Shown here piece by piece: positions 28,070-38,606 of a stretch of DNA of 64,000 nt. A program made the translations under genes and the position numbers. The stretch covers positions 82,741-146,740 of the forward strand of contig CAXXUA010000007.1 in the NCBI GenBank assembly GCA_963663765.2, written 5' to 3'. The stretch comes from Candidatus Poribacteria bacterium (GTDB lineage Bacteria; Poribacteria; WGA-4E; WGA-3G). Within the stretch, counting starts at the first letter, position 1. Every line of letters starts with the position of its first letter. A model generated the notes under the pieces. That model was given only the letters and a program-made list of their open reading frames with translations, was not told the origin of the DNA and ran no database searches.

Positions 28070-28681
28070 ATGTTCAATCAGAGTTCCCATCAGATTTCGC
28101 AAAAACCATATAGAACTTTCACCTTTGTATTATTTATACTTATGGTTGTGCTTGTATATGGTTGTAAACAAAACCAAAGTGGTGACTTCATCAAATTGGA
28201 GGAACCGCTAAAAGATGTCTTACCGAAAATAAGACTTATCCCGCCTGAACAAAAGGGCATAGATGGTAAACCGTTGGTAATTACTTTGGCGAGTGAGTTT
28301 AGTGGTGAAGGTGAATATTCAATCGGTGGTGGTGAAACCCACAAATTTCAGTATGCTTTCCTAAATCAGTATGCTGTTGAAGGGAATAAGTATATTTATG
28401 CTGTAGTTTCCTATAATTGGGGTGGAAGCGGAAGTTTCTATTACATGACAGCAATTGATAAGACTTCACTAAAAAGTGTAAGTCAATTTCTACTTGGGGA
28501 TCGGGTAAAGATTGAAAGCGTAGGTTTCAAAATGGATCCGTCCGACATTGTTTCTGTCAGTTTCAAGGAAAGAGGAGAAGGTACAGCAATGGCTGCACCA
28601 CCTGACAAACTTGTAGAAATGGACTTTAAAATGCATGAAAATAAGTTAGTGGATTTCAAATTTGTTGAAGATAAAGAATAA
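28070..28681 (+). CDS. hypothetical lipoprotein
   Basis: lipobox VYGC; NWGGSGSFYY..LGDRVKI motif; TTGACA-N18-TAGAAT at 27985-28014. Confidence 0.7.
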   Translation: MFNQSSHQISQKPYRTFTFVLFILMVVLVYGCKQNQSGDFIKLEEPLKDVLPKIRLIPPEQKGIDGKPLVITLASEFSGEGEYSIGGGETHKFQYAFLNQYAVEGNKYIYAVVSYNWGGSGSFYYMTAIDKTSLKSVSQFLLGDRVKIESVGFKMDPSDIVSVSFKERGEGTAMAAPPDKLVEMDFKMHENKLVDFKFVEDKE

Positions 28682-28783
28682 TAAATTTAATGCAACGTTA
28701 TGTCCGTATTCTTGTTGCAATTGGATGGTGTAGATCTGTTGACTCACTGATGGTAAAAATCAATTTCAGATAGGCTGTGATTC

Positions 28784-29650
28784 CTATTCTGGAATTGGTA
28801 TAATATCATGTTCTATTTGGTCAACTTTACCGGGGTAGGTCTTTCCACGTATCCACATCATGGGTCGTTTTGACATGTCAATATTAGGTCTTGCCCATTC
28901 TGCTGTTGCAGTCATATAGTGTGCGACATTCGCGCGTCGGAATCGTTGACTCTCGTTGTCGGCACTTTTGTGAAGGAGTCCATTGTCGAACCATATAACA
29001 GCACCTGCGGGTACTTCTACGGCAACACCATCTTCGTCACGGGCGCCGCGAGCAAGTTTGAACTCACCCTGTTGTGGACCTTCCAGATCATAATGGTCAT
29101 ATATCTTTCCTTTATGACTGCCGGGAATAACAAATAGGCAACCATTGTCGAGATCTGCATCATCAATAGCAGTCCACGTTCCAACTGTCTTATCTGTCTT
29201 AAACTGATGGTTAAAATACCATCTATCTTGATGCCAAGGAAAACCTAAACCAATCTCAGGAGCCTTCCAAATATAGAGATTATTAAGTCCGACAATGTCT
29301 GGACCGATTAAGTCAATGACTGGACCCACTAAACGCGGATCACGTGTTCTGGCAAGGAAATCCCGATTATAACAACTTGCATGATGAATCTTGTGCATTG
29401 CATGGATACCAGTTTTTTCTATTTCTCCTTCCGTAACCAGTGCATTCTGATTAATATGTGATGCTGGAAAAGGGATATTTCCAACAGCAATGTCATCAGC
29501 AATTTGACGTAACACATCGTTTTCTTCTCTTGTGAATACATCAAGACGGACAAAGTATCCATTGTCGTTCCAATGGTCAAGTTCTTCTGCTGTCAGTTTA
29601 TATTTACTGTCCTCACCAGTTGTTTTTGTGTTCATAGAATCTCCATTCAT
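28784..29650 (-). CDS. PhyH-family dioxygenase with the canonical facial triad
   Basis: PWHQD, DNGCL..IPGSH, LLHKSADNES..RR. Confidence 0.9.
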   Translation of the reverse strand: MNGDSMNTKTTGEDSKYKLTAEELDHWNDNGYFVRLDVFTREENDVLRQIADDIAVGNIPFPASHINQNALVTEGEIEKTGIHAMHKIHHASCYNRDFLARTRDPRLVGPVIDLIGPDIVGLNNLYIWKAPEIGLGFPWHQDRWYFNHQFKTDKTVGTWTAIDDADLDNGCLFVIPGSHKGKIYDHYDLEGPQQGEFKLARGARDEDGVAVEVPAGAVIWFDNGLLHKSADNESQRFRRANVAHYMTATAEWARPNIDMSKRPMMWIRGKTYPGKVDQIEHDIIPIPE

Positions 29651-29804
29651 GTAAGTCAGCGTGTCGTTTTGATAGTCTGACTAATACTAACAAGAAAGAA
29701 GAATAAAGTCAAATATTTTACACAGCAAAACAGAATTATGATATAATTTATATAGGTATTGTATAGGAAGCCCATGAAAATGTTTATGACAAAGGAGAAT
29801 ACGG

Positions 29805-30272
29805 ATGTCAAATGAGAGTAGACGTTCTTTTTTGCAAATTGCTACCGCTTTTCTTGGTGGGTTGGTAGGTTTAGCTGCCGGCATTCCACTGATAGGTTTT
29901 GCAATCTCCCCAGCGTGGAAAAAAGGCGAATCCCAGTGGGTTGACTTGGGTTTGGTAGATCGTCTTATAAACAGCCGTTTCAAGAAGGTAAATTATACAT
30001 TCACAGCGAAAGATGGTTGGGTGAAAGCCACCAAAAAACGTTCTGTATATGTAACAGATCTTGGTAATGGAGAGTGGAATGTTTTTTCACGGACATGTTC
30101 GCATCTGGGTTGCCTTGTACGTTGGGACAAGAATAAGGAGTCCTTCCTTTGTCCTTGCCACGGTGCTGTGTTTGACAAAGATGGAGCAGTTGTTGAAGGT
30201 CCTCCACCAGAACCGTTGCAGAAACTCGAAACCAAAGTAGAAGCGGGTATTTTGTATGTTAAGGAGGTGTAA
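29805..30272 (+). CDS. qcrA: Rieske 2Fe-2S subunit of a quinol:cytochrome c reductase
   Basis: Tat signal SRRSFL; CSHLGC and CPCHG. Confidence 0.9.
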   Translation: MSNESRRSFLQIATAFLGGLVGLAAGIPLIGFAISPAWKKGESQWVDLGLVDRLINSRFKKVNYTFTAKDGWVKATKKRSVYVTDLGNGEWNVFSRTCSHLGCLVRWDKNKESFLCPCHGAVFDKDGAVVEGPPPEPLQKLETKVEAGILYVKEV

Positions 30273-31490
30273 GTGAAACAGTTTCTAAATGATCGTCTCC
30301 CGTTAGATGGGATGATGTCGCATTTACGCAAACCATTGCCGAAGCATATAAACCTTCTTTTTTCATTAGGCAGTTTGGCAATGTTTCTCCTTTTACTACA
30401 AGCGGCAACGGGTGCTTTCTTAGCATTATACTATTCTCCATCTCCTGATCATGCGCATAATGCAGTTCAGTATATCTCTAAAGAGGTGCCATTCGGTGGT
30501 TTTGTACGTGGTTTGCATCATTGGGGTGCAAGTGCAATGGTTATCATCGTCTTTTTGCATCTGCTCCGCGTTGTTCTTTATGGGTCATATAAGAAGCCTC
30601 GTGAACTCACATGGGTTGTCGGTGTTTTCTTGCTATTGGTAGTACTCGGGTTTGGATTTACAGGTTATCTGCTGCCGTGGGACGAAAAGGCGTATTGGGC
30701 AACGGTAGTCGGTGTGGAAATAGCGAGTACTGCACCTGTGTTGGGAGAATTTGTTGCAAAAGTTTTACGTGGTGGCTCAGAAATCGGTGCTGTGACACTC
30801 TCACGATTCTATGCACTTCATACCATTTGGTTGCCATGGTTGGTATTTGGATTAGTTGCTATTCATCTATTTTTGGTCAGATATTACGGGTCTTCTGGTA
30901 CAACAAAGAATATTCCGGAAGATATGAAAACAGGTAAACCATTCTTTCCGGATCAAGTCTTTGAGGATGTCGTCGGAATGCTGATTCTTTTCGTCATCCT
31001 TGCTTGTGCAGCACTATTTGCTGATGTGCCGCTTGAAGATGTTGCTGATCCGACGAACGCAGATTACGATCCACGTCCTGAATGGTACTTTTTATTCCTC
31101 TTTCAATTACTAAAATACTTTCAAGGTCCATTTGAAATTCTTGGTACCTTTATCATTCCAACAGTCGGAATGTTGTTACTATTGTTCCTGCCTTTTTTAG
31201 ACAGAAAAGATCGAGAAGTACTTTGGAAACGTCCTATTGCATTGACAGTGACAAGCGTCTGTGTTATTGGAATAGTGGGGTTGACGATTCTTGGTGCTAA
31301 ATCACCGAAACTTGAGACTCAAGATACGACTCCGACTGAAAATGAAACGCAACAAATTACTCCACAGGATAATACTCCGATAGAAACGGATGTAGAGGAA
31401 GATGTGTTTGATTTTCAGCTAACAGAAGATGAATTAGATCTTGAGGAAGACGTATTTGATTTTAATTTAACAGAAGAAGAATTGGATTAA
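30273..31490 (+). CDS. qcrB: cytochrome b (fused b6 and subunit IV type) with an acidic C-terminal tail
   Basis: RGLHHWGAS, GYLLPWD, RPEWYFLF. Confidence 0.9.
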   Translation: MKQFLNDRLPLDGMMSHLRKPLPKHINLLFSLGSLAMFLLLLQAATGAFLALYYSPSPDHAHNAVQYISKEVPFGGFVRGLHHWGASAMVIIVFLHLLRVVLYGSYKKPRELTWVVGVFLLLVVLGFGFTGYLLPWDEKAYWATVVGVEIASTAPVLGEFVAKVLRGGSEIGAVTLSRFYALHTIWLPWLVFGLVAIHLFLVRYYGSSGTTKNIPEDMKTGKPFFPDQVFEDVVGMLILFVILACAALFADVPLEDVADPTNADYDPRPEWYFLFLFQLLKYFQGPFEILGTFIIPTVGMLLLLFLPFLDRKDREVLWKRPIALTVTSVCVIGIVGLTILGAKSPKLETQDTTPTENETQQITPQDNTPIETDVEEDVFDFQLTEDELDLEEDVFDFNLTEEELD

Positions 31491-32482
31491 ACTTCTGCAG
31501 TTTCTTCTGTAATAAAGAGTGCATCAACGAAATCTTCTGCAGCGAAGTCTCGTAAATCATCAAGTTTTTCACCAATTCCAATAAGTTTGACAGGAGCACC
31601 GAGTTCTGCTTTGACAGCTAGGACAATTCCACCTTTTGCTGTTCCATCCAGTTTTGTCACTACGACACCCGTAATTGGTACTGCATCGTTGAAAACCTTT
31701 GCTTGCATCAATGCATTCTGTCCGACTGTGCCATCAATGACGAGTAACACTTCATGGGGGGCATCTTCATGTGCTTGTCGCATCACACGTCCGATTTTTG
31801 ATAGTTCATCCATTAATGGTTTTTTTGTATGGAGTCTGCCAGCAGTATCAACGATAAGGACATCAACTTCGCGGTTTTTTGCTGCATGAACTGCGTCATA
31901 AACGACTGAAGCGGGTTCAGCACCTTCTCCACCACGAATTAAGTCCGCACCTGCCCTTTCACACCAAATAGCTAATTGGTCTTCGGCAGCGGCACGGAAC
32001 GTATCTCCTGCAGCAACAAGAACTCGCTTGCCATCCGTTTTGAAACGGCTTGCAAGTTTACCGATAGTGGTCGTTTTTCCAGCTCCGTTCACACCAAGAA
32101 CTAAAATTGTATAGGGAGAATCACCATCAAGTTTCAATGGAGTATCTTTACCGAGTAAATTCTGGATTTCATCTTTGATGACGCCGCCGAGTTCAGAAGA
32201 ATCACCCAGACCTTTCGTTTTGACAGTGTCTCTGACATTATCCATGAGTGTCAAGGTGGTTTCTACACCTACATCTGCTTGGATGAGTATTTCTTCAATT
32301 TCTTCCATGAGGTCTTCGTCAATTTTTCTACCGACGCGAAGCAGACTTGACAGTTGAGAGACGAACTGGTGGCGTGTCTTTGCTAAACTGGACTTTAGAC
32401 GATTAAACCAACTCTCTTTTTCCGTTGTATCCTTTGGTTCAACAGGTTTCTTTTCACCACCTTTGAATAGGTTTCTGAGCAT
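31487..32482 (-). CDS. ftsY: signal recognition particle receptor FtsY
   Basis: GVNGAGKTTTIGKLA, DTFRAAA, DTAGRLH, TKLDGTAKGG. Confidence 0.97.
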   Translation of the reverse strand: MLRNLFKGGEKKPVEPKDTTEKESWFNRLKSSLAKTRHQFVSQLSSLLRVGRKIDEDLMEEIEEILIQADVGVETTLTLMDNVRDTVKTKGLGDSSELGGVIKDEIQNLLGKDTPLKLDGDSPYTILVLGVNGAGKTTTIGKLASRFKTDGKRVLVAAGDTFRAAAEDQLAIWCERAGADLIRGGEGAEPASVVYDAVHAAKNREVDVLIVDTAGRLHTKKPLMDELSKIGRVMRQAHEDAPHEVLLVIDGTVGQNALMQAKVFNDAVPITGVVVTKLDGTAKGGIVLAVKAELGAPVKLIGIGEKLDDLRDFAAEDFVDALFITEETAEV

Positions 32483-32591
32483 TTAATTCTCCTAAGTTAC
32501 AAATGTGTTTACACCTTTTCTGGTTTGATTCTCGGAATTTTTGGTAAGTATTTTTTCACTGCGTAACACTTAAATATAGTGTTACCGCTTT

Positions 32592-33179
32592 TCATTCCAA
32601 TAAAGTAACGCGGGTATACATATCCTGCAGTGGTAACCCGCATTCAATGGACTTGAACTTCAGGACATCTTCTGGTGCTTCAAATGTCTTTCCTGCCCAC
32701 TGCGTTTCAACCAAACGATAGTGTTCAACGTGCATTCTATCTTGTGATACAAGGATATATTCTTGTAAGGACATAAGTTCTTGATAATGTGCGAACTTTT
32801 CGCCTCTGTCAAACGCCTCGGTTGATGGCGAAAGCACTTCTACGATAAGGATGGGGTTCAAGAGGGTGTCGAAAACATTATCTTCAAAACGGGGTTTTTC
32901 GCACACAACAACGACATCTGGGTAGAAATAAGAACCTGTCAGCTTCGTTTTAACGCGCATATCGTTACTGTAAACTAAACAACCGCTTCCCCTTAATTGA
33001 ATGTTTAGTTCAGTGGCTATATCTAAAGTAATGAGATTATGCGCATTACTCGCTCCGGACATTGCGAATATCTCACCGTAGATGTATTCGCTTTTATATT
33101 TTGCTCTGCGTTCTGCAGTGAGGTATTCCTCAGGTGAAATGTATTTTTTGGCTGCTACAGATGACATGCTTTCCTCCAT
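32592..33179 (-). CDS. Uma2-family (DUF820) endonuclease-like protein
   Basis: YPDVVV, VEVLSPSTEAFDRGEKF, EYILV. Confidence 0.9.
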   Translation of the reverse strand: MEESMSSVAAKKYISPEEYLTAERRAKYKSEYIYGEIFAMSGASNAHNLITLDIATELNIQLRGSGCLVYSNDMRVKTKLTGSYFYPDVVVVCEKPRFEDNVFDTLLNPILIVEVLSPSTEAFDRGEKFAHYQELMSLQEYILVSQDRMHVEHYRLVETQWAGKTFEAPEDVLKFKSIECGLPLQDMYTRVTLLE

Positions 33180-33469
33180 GTATGATGGTTATGTTTTTAA
33201 TGCATTTTATCATAAAACATGTATAACATCAACTTTCGCGAATTGCAGAAGTGGGTAAAGTTTTTGGCATTAACCATGTATTTTCTTGTAGGAGGGGTTT
33301 TCAATCCCAATACACTTGTTTGAATCTTGAAACATTGGGTTTACAAAGTCCTGACACAAGAGAGAATCCAACCATTATTTTCATAAAATTTATGGCTATA
33401 GGTATCGCACGTTCAACCCGATCTATAAAGCTACAAATTCATTCGCATACGAGTATTATTTACAGAATT

Positions 33470-35254
33470 CTATTTATCAACAAATTCTTGTATTTTGTTC
33501 CAGATTTGATCTAATGTATTATCATTTTGAAATGTCTGAAATTCATTGATTCCATGTTTTAGTTTTTCTCCATTAGCATAAGTTTCGGATTCATCTAATT
33601 TTTTCTTTTCGGCATTTGGTAAAAGTCTTATCTCTTTCTCGTTTCGCTCAATGAATTTTAATTCCTCAAAAATTGTGATTCCTGTCTCAAATCCTTCTAT
33701 TGGTAAATTCAATTCATCATTAACTTTATCAAGATTCACTAAAATGTTTTCTGACCCTGTACTGTTCTTCAATCCTTTGTATAGTTTAGTTAATTTTTCG
33801 TAATTTAAATACTTTTTGCCAAGTTCACTTATAATCTCTTGAAAATCTTGCGTTTTGTCATAGATTAAATGGAGAAACGCTGGTTTAGCGGATGCAAAAG
33901 CAGGTTGACATCGTTGATAGAAATCATCTATACCCACAACCGGGTGACAAAAAGCAAAATGTCCTATACAGTGATCTTTCGTAAAATTAGTGAATATTGT
34001 ATCAGTTACAATAGCACTTAAGTCTCCATTTTCAAGTTTCTTCAACATATCTTTCGTCTCCGATTTGGAGGTATGTTCATTATGTGTTCCAATTGATTTG
34101 GCTTTCTCATTCCCAACAAGATTTAAGAACTGTTTGATTTTTGCTTGATTGAAAACATAGATAAGTGAGGGTTGTTTTAATTCCAATAGTTTTAGCAGAT
34201 AGTTCTTTTTATCTATGTTTCGTCTATCCAGTAGACGCACTGATGAAATCGTTTCAACATCAGGATAGTAATTATTTACTGTTGAGTTAGCAATTGTTGT
34301 TACAGCAAACAGATTGCTAAAATCTGAAAGTTTATCCTGAGTTTCTTTCTTTTCTATATTCTCTTTTTTTAGTTCGTTTCTTGTGGATGCAAGTTGTTTC
34401 TTCTGTTCTTTTATCTCTTTTTCTTTATCTTTGAACTGTTTTTGTAGGGTGGTAAGTTCTTCTTCTAAATCGTATTTCGTCTCTTTTTCTTGATTAAGAT
34501 GTTTTCTGGTAATCGTCAAATCCTTATCACACTCACTCCATAAATCTGTAATTTCTTTCAATTCTTTAGTTTTCTCAGCGAGTTGCTCATCAAGTTTTTC
34601 TTTTTCCTCTTGCGTTTTAGTGATATGCTCTTTTGTTTTAGTAAGTTTATGTTGATCCGCTTGTTGCTGACGCTGTAATTCTTTCAGTTGTTCTTCTAAT
34701 TCGTTATGATGTCTTTTGTATTCTTTCTTCTCAATAGTTTCTTTTTCCAATTGTTCAGTAACAGCTGCAATCTCCTTTTCTGATACATCAGACATAAATT
34801 TATTTTTTATTCTATCAATCTCCTTTTGTTTATCTTGTCTATTGACTTTTTCAAGTACACTTGAGATTAAATATAGATGTGTACGTGCGAATTCGTGGTC
34901 TAAATCCTTTGTTGATCTGTGTTCACTACTGTTACGTCCATTTCTAATTAACCATAACATACTCTGCACTACCAAATCCCATCCAAATTTCGCACCAAAG
35001 GCTATGTTCCAATTCCATTTTATAATTTGAGGGATATGATTGAAATCTATAGCAGATTCAACGTCATTATGTTCATCTACCATCTGACGAAAAATATCTA
35101 ATTGTTCATCTTTCAAAGATTCTTGAATTAAATCTTCAACTTTTTCTCCTTTGACTTGTTTTAACTGATGATATATGAAGGAACGCATGACATCAAGATA
35201 AATATCATTTGCATCACGAATAGCATCTCGATTTGGATAGTTATTTGATTTCAT
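33470..35254 (-). CDS. Swt1-like HEPN domain, long coiled coil and degenerate helicase-C / RecJ-C-terminal-like region
   Basis: RNSSEH (RxxxxH) after a D...W...F helical segment; heptad-rich middle; C-terminal IFEELKFI..KKKLDESETY. Confidence 0.6.
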   Translation of the reverse strand: MKSNNYPNRDAIRDANDIYLDVMRSFIYHQLKQVKGEKVEDLIQESLKDEQLDIFRQMVDEHNDVESAIDFNHIPQIIKWNWNIAFGAKFGWDLVVQSMLWLIRNGRNSSEHRSTKDLDHEFARTHLYLISSVLEKVNRQDKQKEIDRIKNKFMSDVSEKEIAAVTEQLEKETIEKKEYKRHHNELEEQLKELQRQQQADQHKLTKTKEHITKTQEEKEKLDEQLAEKTKELKEITDLWSECDKDLTITRKHLNQEKETKYDLEEELTTLQKQFKDKEKEIKEQKKQLASTRNELKKENIEKKETQDKLSDFSNLFAVTTIANSTVNNYYPDVETISSVRLLDRRNIDKKNYLLKLLELKQPSLIYVFNQAKIKQFLNLVGNEKAKSIGTHNEHTSKSETKDMLKKLENGDLSAIVTDTIFTNFTKDHCIGHFAFCHPVVGIDDFYQRCQPAFASAKPAFLHLIYDKTQDFQEIISELGKKYLNYEKLTKLYKGLKNSTGSENILVNLDKVNDELNLPIEGFETGITIFEELKFIERNEKEIRLLPNAEKKKLDESETYANGEKLKHGINEFQTFQNDNTLDQIWNKIQEFVDK

Positions 35255-35337
35255 AGTTCTCTCACAAAGTTGTATCTTTCATTTACGTTTCTTTTGTAAA
35301 TCAATCAAGGTAAGGGAATACATGATAATCGAACTTT

Positions 35338-36501
35338 CTATTCTCTAATCAAAACATACACTTGAATGTGTTCCCATTTTCGTTTTGAGCGATGCGTTGC
35401 GACACGTCTCTTAAATATGTCATTACAGATAAAACCAGATTCATCAATAATAGACTCCAGGCTTGCAATGGCTTTTGGACCTGAAGCATCTGCATATCCC
35501 AATAGAATGATTCCATTTGGATTCAAAAAGTTTTTCACATTTTCAAAGAAGCGTGTCAATGTCTGTTGTCTTTCATCATGGATAGCCAGTTCTGCTCTGT
35601 TTCGGACACGCGCAACAACCCAAGGCGCATTGAAAATGATTAAATCATAAGTGTGTGAAGAAAACGGATCAAACAGATCACCCGGTGGCATTACATGGAT
35701 ATTGCTTGCATTTGGAATTATCCGTTGTATGTTCATCCTTGTAGATGCGGTTGCTTCTGGTAGTATATCAGATGTGTAAACCTCTGCATTTTCTCCAAAT
35801 TCTTGTTGTGCAAGTAATGTTAAACATCCGCTTCCACAACCAACATCTGCAATCATAGTTTTTTGGTCAACGAATTCTTTCCGCACACCTTGTAATGCTT
35901 CTTGAAAACATTCAGTTGTTTCCTGAGAACGTGGGGCAAGTACATTTTCTGATGCAACAAGGGAATTACCTAATGCATTGATTGGATAGGTTTTTTCAAG
36001 AGAACTTTGTATCCGTTGTAAAGTAACAAGAGGAACAAGAAACGGACAATCTTCGTTTGCATTTGGGTTTTCACCAATCAGTTCTAATAGATATGGTATG
36101 TCTGGATTAGGGTTAACTTGTAAGATTCCATCCTTATTTACCCAACACATCAACTTTAAGAGTGCTGCTTCCCGTGCTTGCTTGTGATTGTTCCGTTGTG
36201 TGTACGACCTGCTTTTTTTATTACGCGAGGTATTTGATGGAGTCAATTCCGATTTATGTTTCTGAATATATTCATTCATGGTGAGAATTTGTGACCATTT
36301 GCCTTGAACAATAGCAACCCCACCTCGCTGAATGTGTGTAAAAATACGTCCGAGATGTTCTAATTCTTGATCTACAAATAACTTTACACTCCCTCGTGCA
36401 AAGACTGCTTCACGATATTCAGCAGGTACATAGACTTCTCCGATAGGATTGACGGAATAAAACGCATCAATCTCAGTGTTGGGTTTATTGAACTGCAACA
36501 A
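35338..36501 (-). CDS. class I SAM-dependent methyltransferase (MTS/HemK-like)
   Basis: DVGCGSG, GDLF, FNAPW. Confidence 0.85.
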   Translation of the reverse strand: MLQFNKPNTEIDAFYSVNPIGEVYVPAEYREAVFARGSVKLFVDQELEHLGRIFTHIQRGGVAIVQGKWSQILTMNEYIQKHKSELTPSNTSRNKKSRSYTQRNNHKQAREAALLKLMCWVNKDGILQVNPNPDIPYLLELIGENPNANEDCPFLVPLVTLQRIQSSLEKTYPINALGNSLVASENVLAPRSQETTECFQEALQGVRKEFVDQKTMIADVGCGSGCLTLLAQQEFGENAEVYTSDILPEATASTRMNIQRIIPNASNIHVMPPGDLFDPFSSHTYDLIIFNAPWVVARVRNRAELAIHDERQQTLTRFFENVKNFLNPNGIILLGYADASGPKAIASLESIIDESGFICNDIFKRRVATHRSKRKWEHIQVYVLIRE

Positions 36502-37534
36502 TTTCTCCAGTTTTTACAGATTCCGCTTCTTTATAGCAAAGTAGGAGTGCGTCTCTTGCACCGACACCTGACAAAGCCGTGGGTTCTTCCTCCCAATCAA
36601 TAGCATCAACAGCATATTGTATTTCAGCGGTAAATGCGTCAATAGGGTCAACTTCTCCCAAATCTACTTGTTCAACGGTGCCATCTTCAGTAATGCATGT
36701 GAGGGGTACTGCGGTGGTAGGTTCACCAGCAAGCGTGGAGAAATCAAACAGTAGTGTAGCTTTTTCAAGATACATTTCAAACCCGTGTGAAAAAGCTCTC
36801 CCTTTTTGAGAAATAGCACCAGACGAACAACTCACCGTAAGTTCTTTATCGTTGTAAATATATTGTGTGGTCAAATAATCAATGAAATTACCACCAACTA
36901 ACTTACCCTGCGAAAAGACAGCATCGGGAACGCCGCATAGCAGTTGAATAAAATGTGTGTCATGAATATGCAAATCTATACCTGGTCCACCACTCTTTTC
37001 TATATCTGCAATATCACGTGACCAACTGGGTTTAGCAATCACTCTCTTAAAATGTGCGCCTAAGAGTTCACCATATTTACCAGATTCTACAAGTTGCTTT
37101 GCATAAGCGTATTCAGCAAAAAAAGGTAAAACATGTGCTACCATAAACTCTTTGTCTGTTTGGTCAGCAATATCAACAATTTCGTTTGCATCGTCAATAT
37201 CAATAGAGATCGGTTTTTCAACGAGTGTGTGTTTTCCTGCCTTTAAAGATGCAATGCTGACGGATTTGTGCAAATGTGTCGGTAAACATATATCAACAAG
37301 ATCAATATTATCATCAGCGAGTAGATCCTCAATCTCGCTATATTTGTTGATGTTTGATAGGTCTTCCATACTACCGCGAGGTCCGAAATTGCCTTGTATT
37401 TCTGTCCAATCGCCTTCCAATTTCTTCGGGTTACGAGTACAGATTGCAGTCACTTCCGCACCTGTTCCTCGTTGGATTCCATAGTAGTGTATCATACCCA
37501 TGAATCCAATACCGATTATACCAATATTTATCAT
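36485..37534 (-). CDS. Gfo/Idh/MocA-family oxidoreductase
   Basis: GIGFMG, LPTHLH, EKP, DLHIHD. Confidence 0.92.
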   Translation of the reverse strand: MINIGIIGIGFMGMIHYYGIQRGTGAEVTAICTRNPKKLEGDWTEIQGNFGPRGSMEDLSNINKYSEIEDLLADDNIDLVDICLPTHLHKSVSIASLKAGKHTLVEKPISIDIDDANEIVDIADQTDKEFMVAHVLPFFAEYAYAKQLVESGKYGELLGAHFKRVIAKPSWSRDIADIEKSGGPGIDLHIHDTHFIQLLCGVPDAVFSQGKLVGGNFIDYLTTQYIYNDKELTVSCSSGAISQKGRAFSHGFEMYLEKATLLFDFSTLAGEPTTAVPLTCITEDGTVEQVDLGEVDPIDAFTAEIQYAVDAIDWEEEPTALSGVGARDALLLCYKEAESVKTGEIVAVQ

Positions 37535-37627
37535 ATTTACAAATCCTTATTTATTACGTAAGAATGCACAAATGCCTAACTAACGTAGACCGACATTTGT
37601 GCAGGTTAAAAACTATGATGACTTATA

Positions 37628-38416
37628 CTAATATTCAGCAAATTTTTGTTTGATCTCACCCCAAGTAGTTGCTGCTTTATTTTTTGGTGTAACTTCAAGG
37701 AGTCCACCATTCATAACTTCTTTGATTTCAGCTTCAGTGAGTGCACGACTCCAAATAGCAGCATCGTCAATTACACCGTTGTCGAAGGTATATTGTGACC
37801 TGTCTTTAGCGCAACCGATTCGTAGGTCTTGGTCATTTGTTCCAGTAAAATTGAATGCCTCGGCATGCTCAAGTGCGAATTCACCATCAATATATACTTT
37901 CATTGCGTTGCCATCGTAAGTGCCAACGACGTGATGCCACGTTTTCTCTGTCAGCGTATGTGGTTTATCTAAACGTGGTCGTGCACTACCTGTGCCTAAG
38001 AGCATATGTATGTTCTTACCATTCTCAAAAACACCAATACCGTAAGAAGTTTTCTCACCACCATTATGGCAGTTCTTATCAAACCACTGTCCATCGGTAG
38101 ACCATGAATCTTGGTAAATCCATGCTGCCATGGTAATCTCGTCGCTGATTTTTAGTTTCTCATCGGCAGGAACGTTCACGCAATCTGTACCTTCAGCGGT
38201 GATTCTGACTCCTTTGCCATTCTTACCAGTTACAATCAGAGCATTTGCTACGATATTTGCATTTAGTCCATTAGGTGAACTATCATGAATTGTGTTACCG
38301 CTAACATTGTCAAAGGTGTAGTACAGGACCAGATCGTCTTCAAGTGCCCCCATTACGTAACCAACAGTCAAAAAAATTAACATAACCAAGAAAGGATAAA
38401 AAATTGCGAATTTCAT
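37628..38416 (-). CDS. secreted LamG-like jellyroll protein with a KAATTWGEIK C-terminal tail
   Basis: signal peptide, WHHVVGTYDG, YIDG, IDDAAIWSRALT; AGGAGG RBS before 38416. Confidence 0.85.
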   Translation of the reverse strand: MKFAIFYPFLVMLIFLTVGYVMGALEDDLVLYYTFDNVSGNTIHDSSPNGLNANIVANALIVTGKNGKGVRITAEGTDCVNVPADEKLKISDEITMAAWIYQDSWSTDGQWFDKNCHNGGEKTSYGIGVFENGKNIHMLLGTGSARPRLDKPHTLTEKTWHHVVGTYDGNAMKVYIDGEFALEHAEAFNFTGTNDQDLRIGCAKDRSQYTFDNGVIDDAAIWSRALTEAEIKEVMNGGLLEVTPKNKAATTWGEIKQKFAEY

Positions 38417-38606
38417 CGGAATTGTCCTCCTAATATAAGTACAACTGATTTTCATAATATTGTTCAAACTACTGACAATCAACATAAAGAATGAAATCCG
38501 TTAGGGAACCTAATTCTGTTCTCTGTTTATGCGATAATCTCATAGGGCACCATCATATCATATCTACCATTTTTTTTCAATAATTTACTCTAATTGCACA
38601 GGGTTA

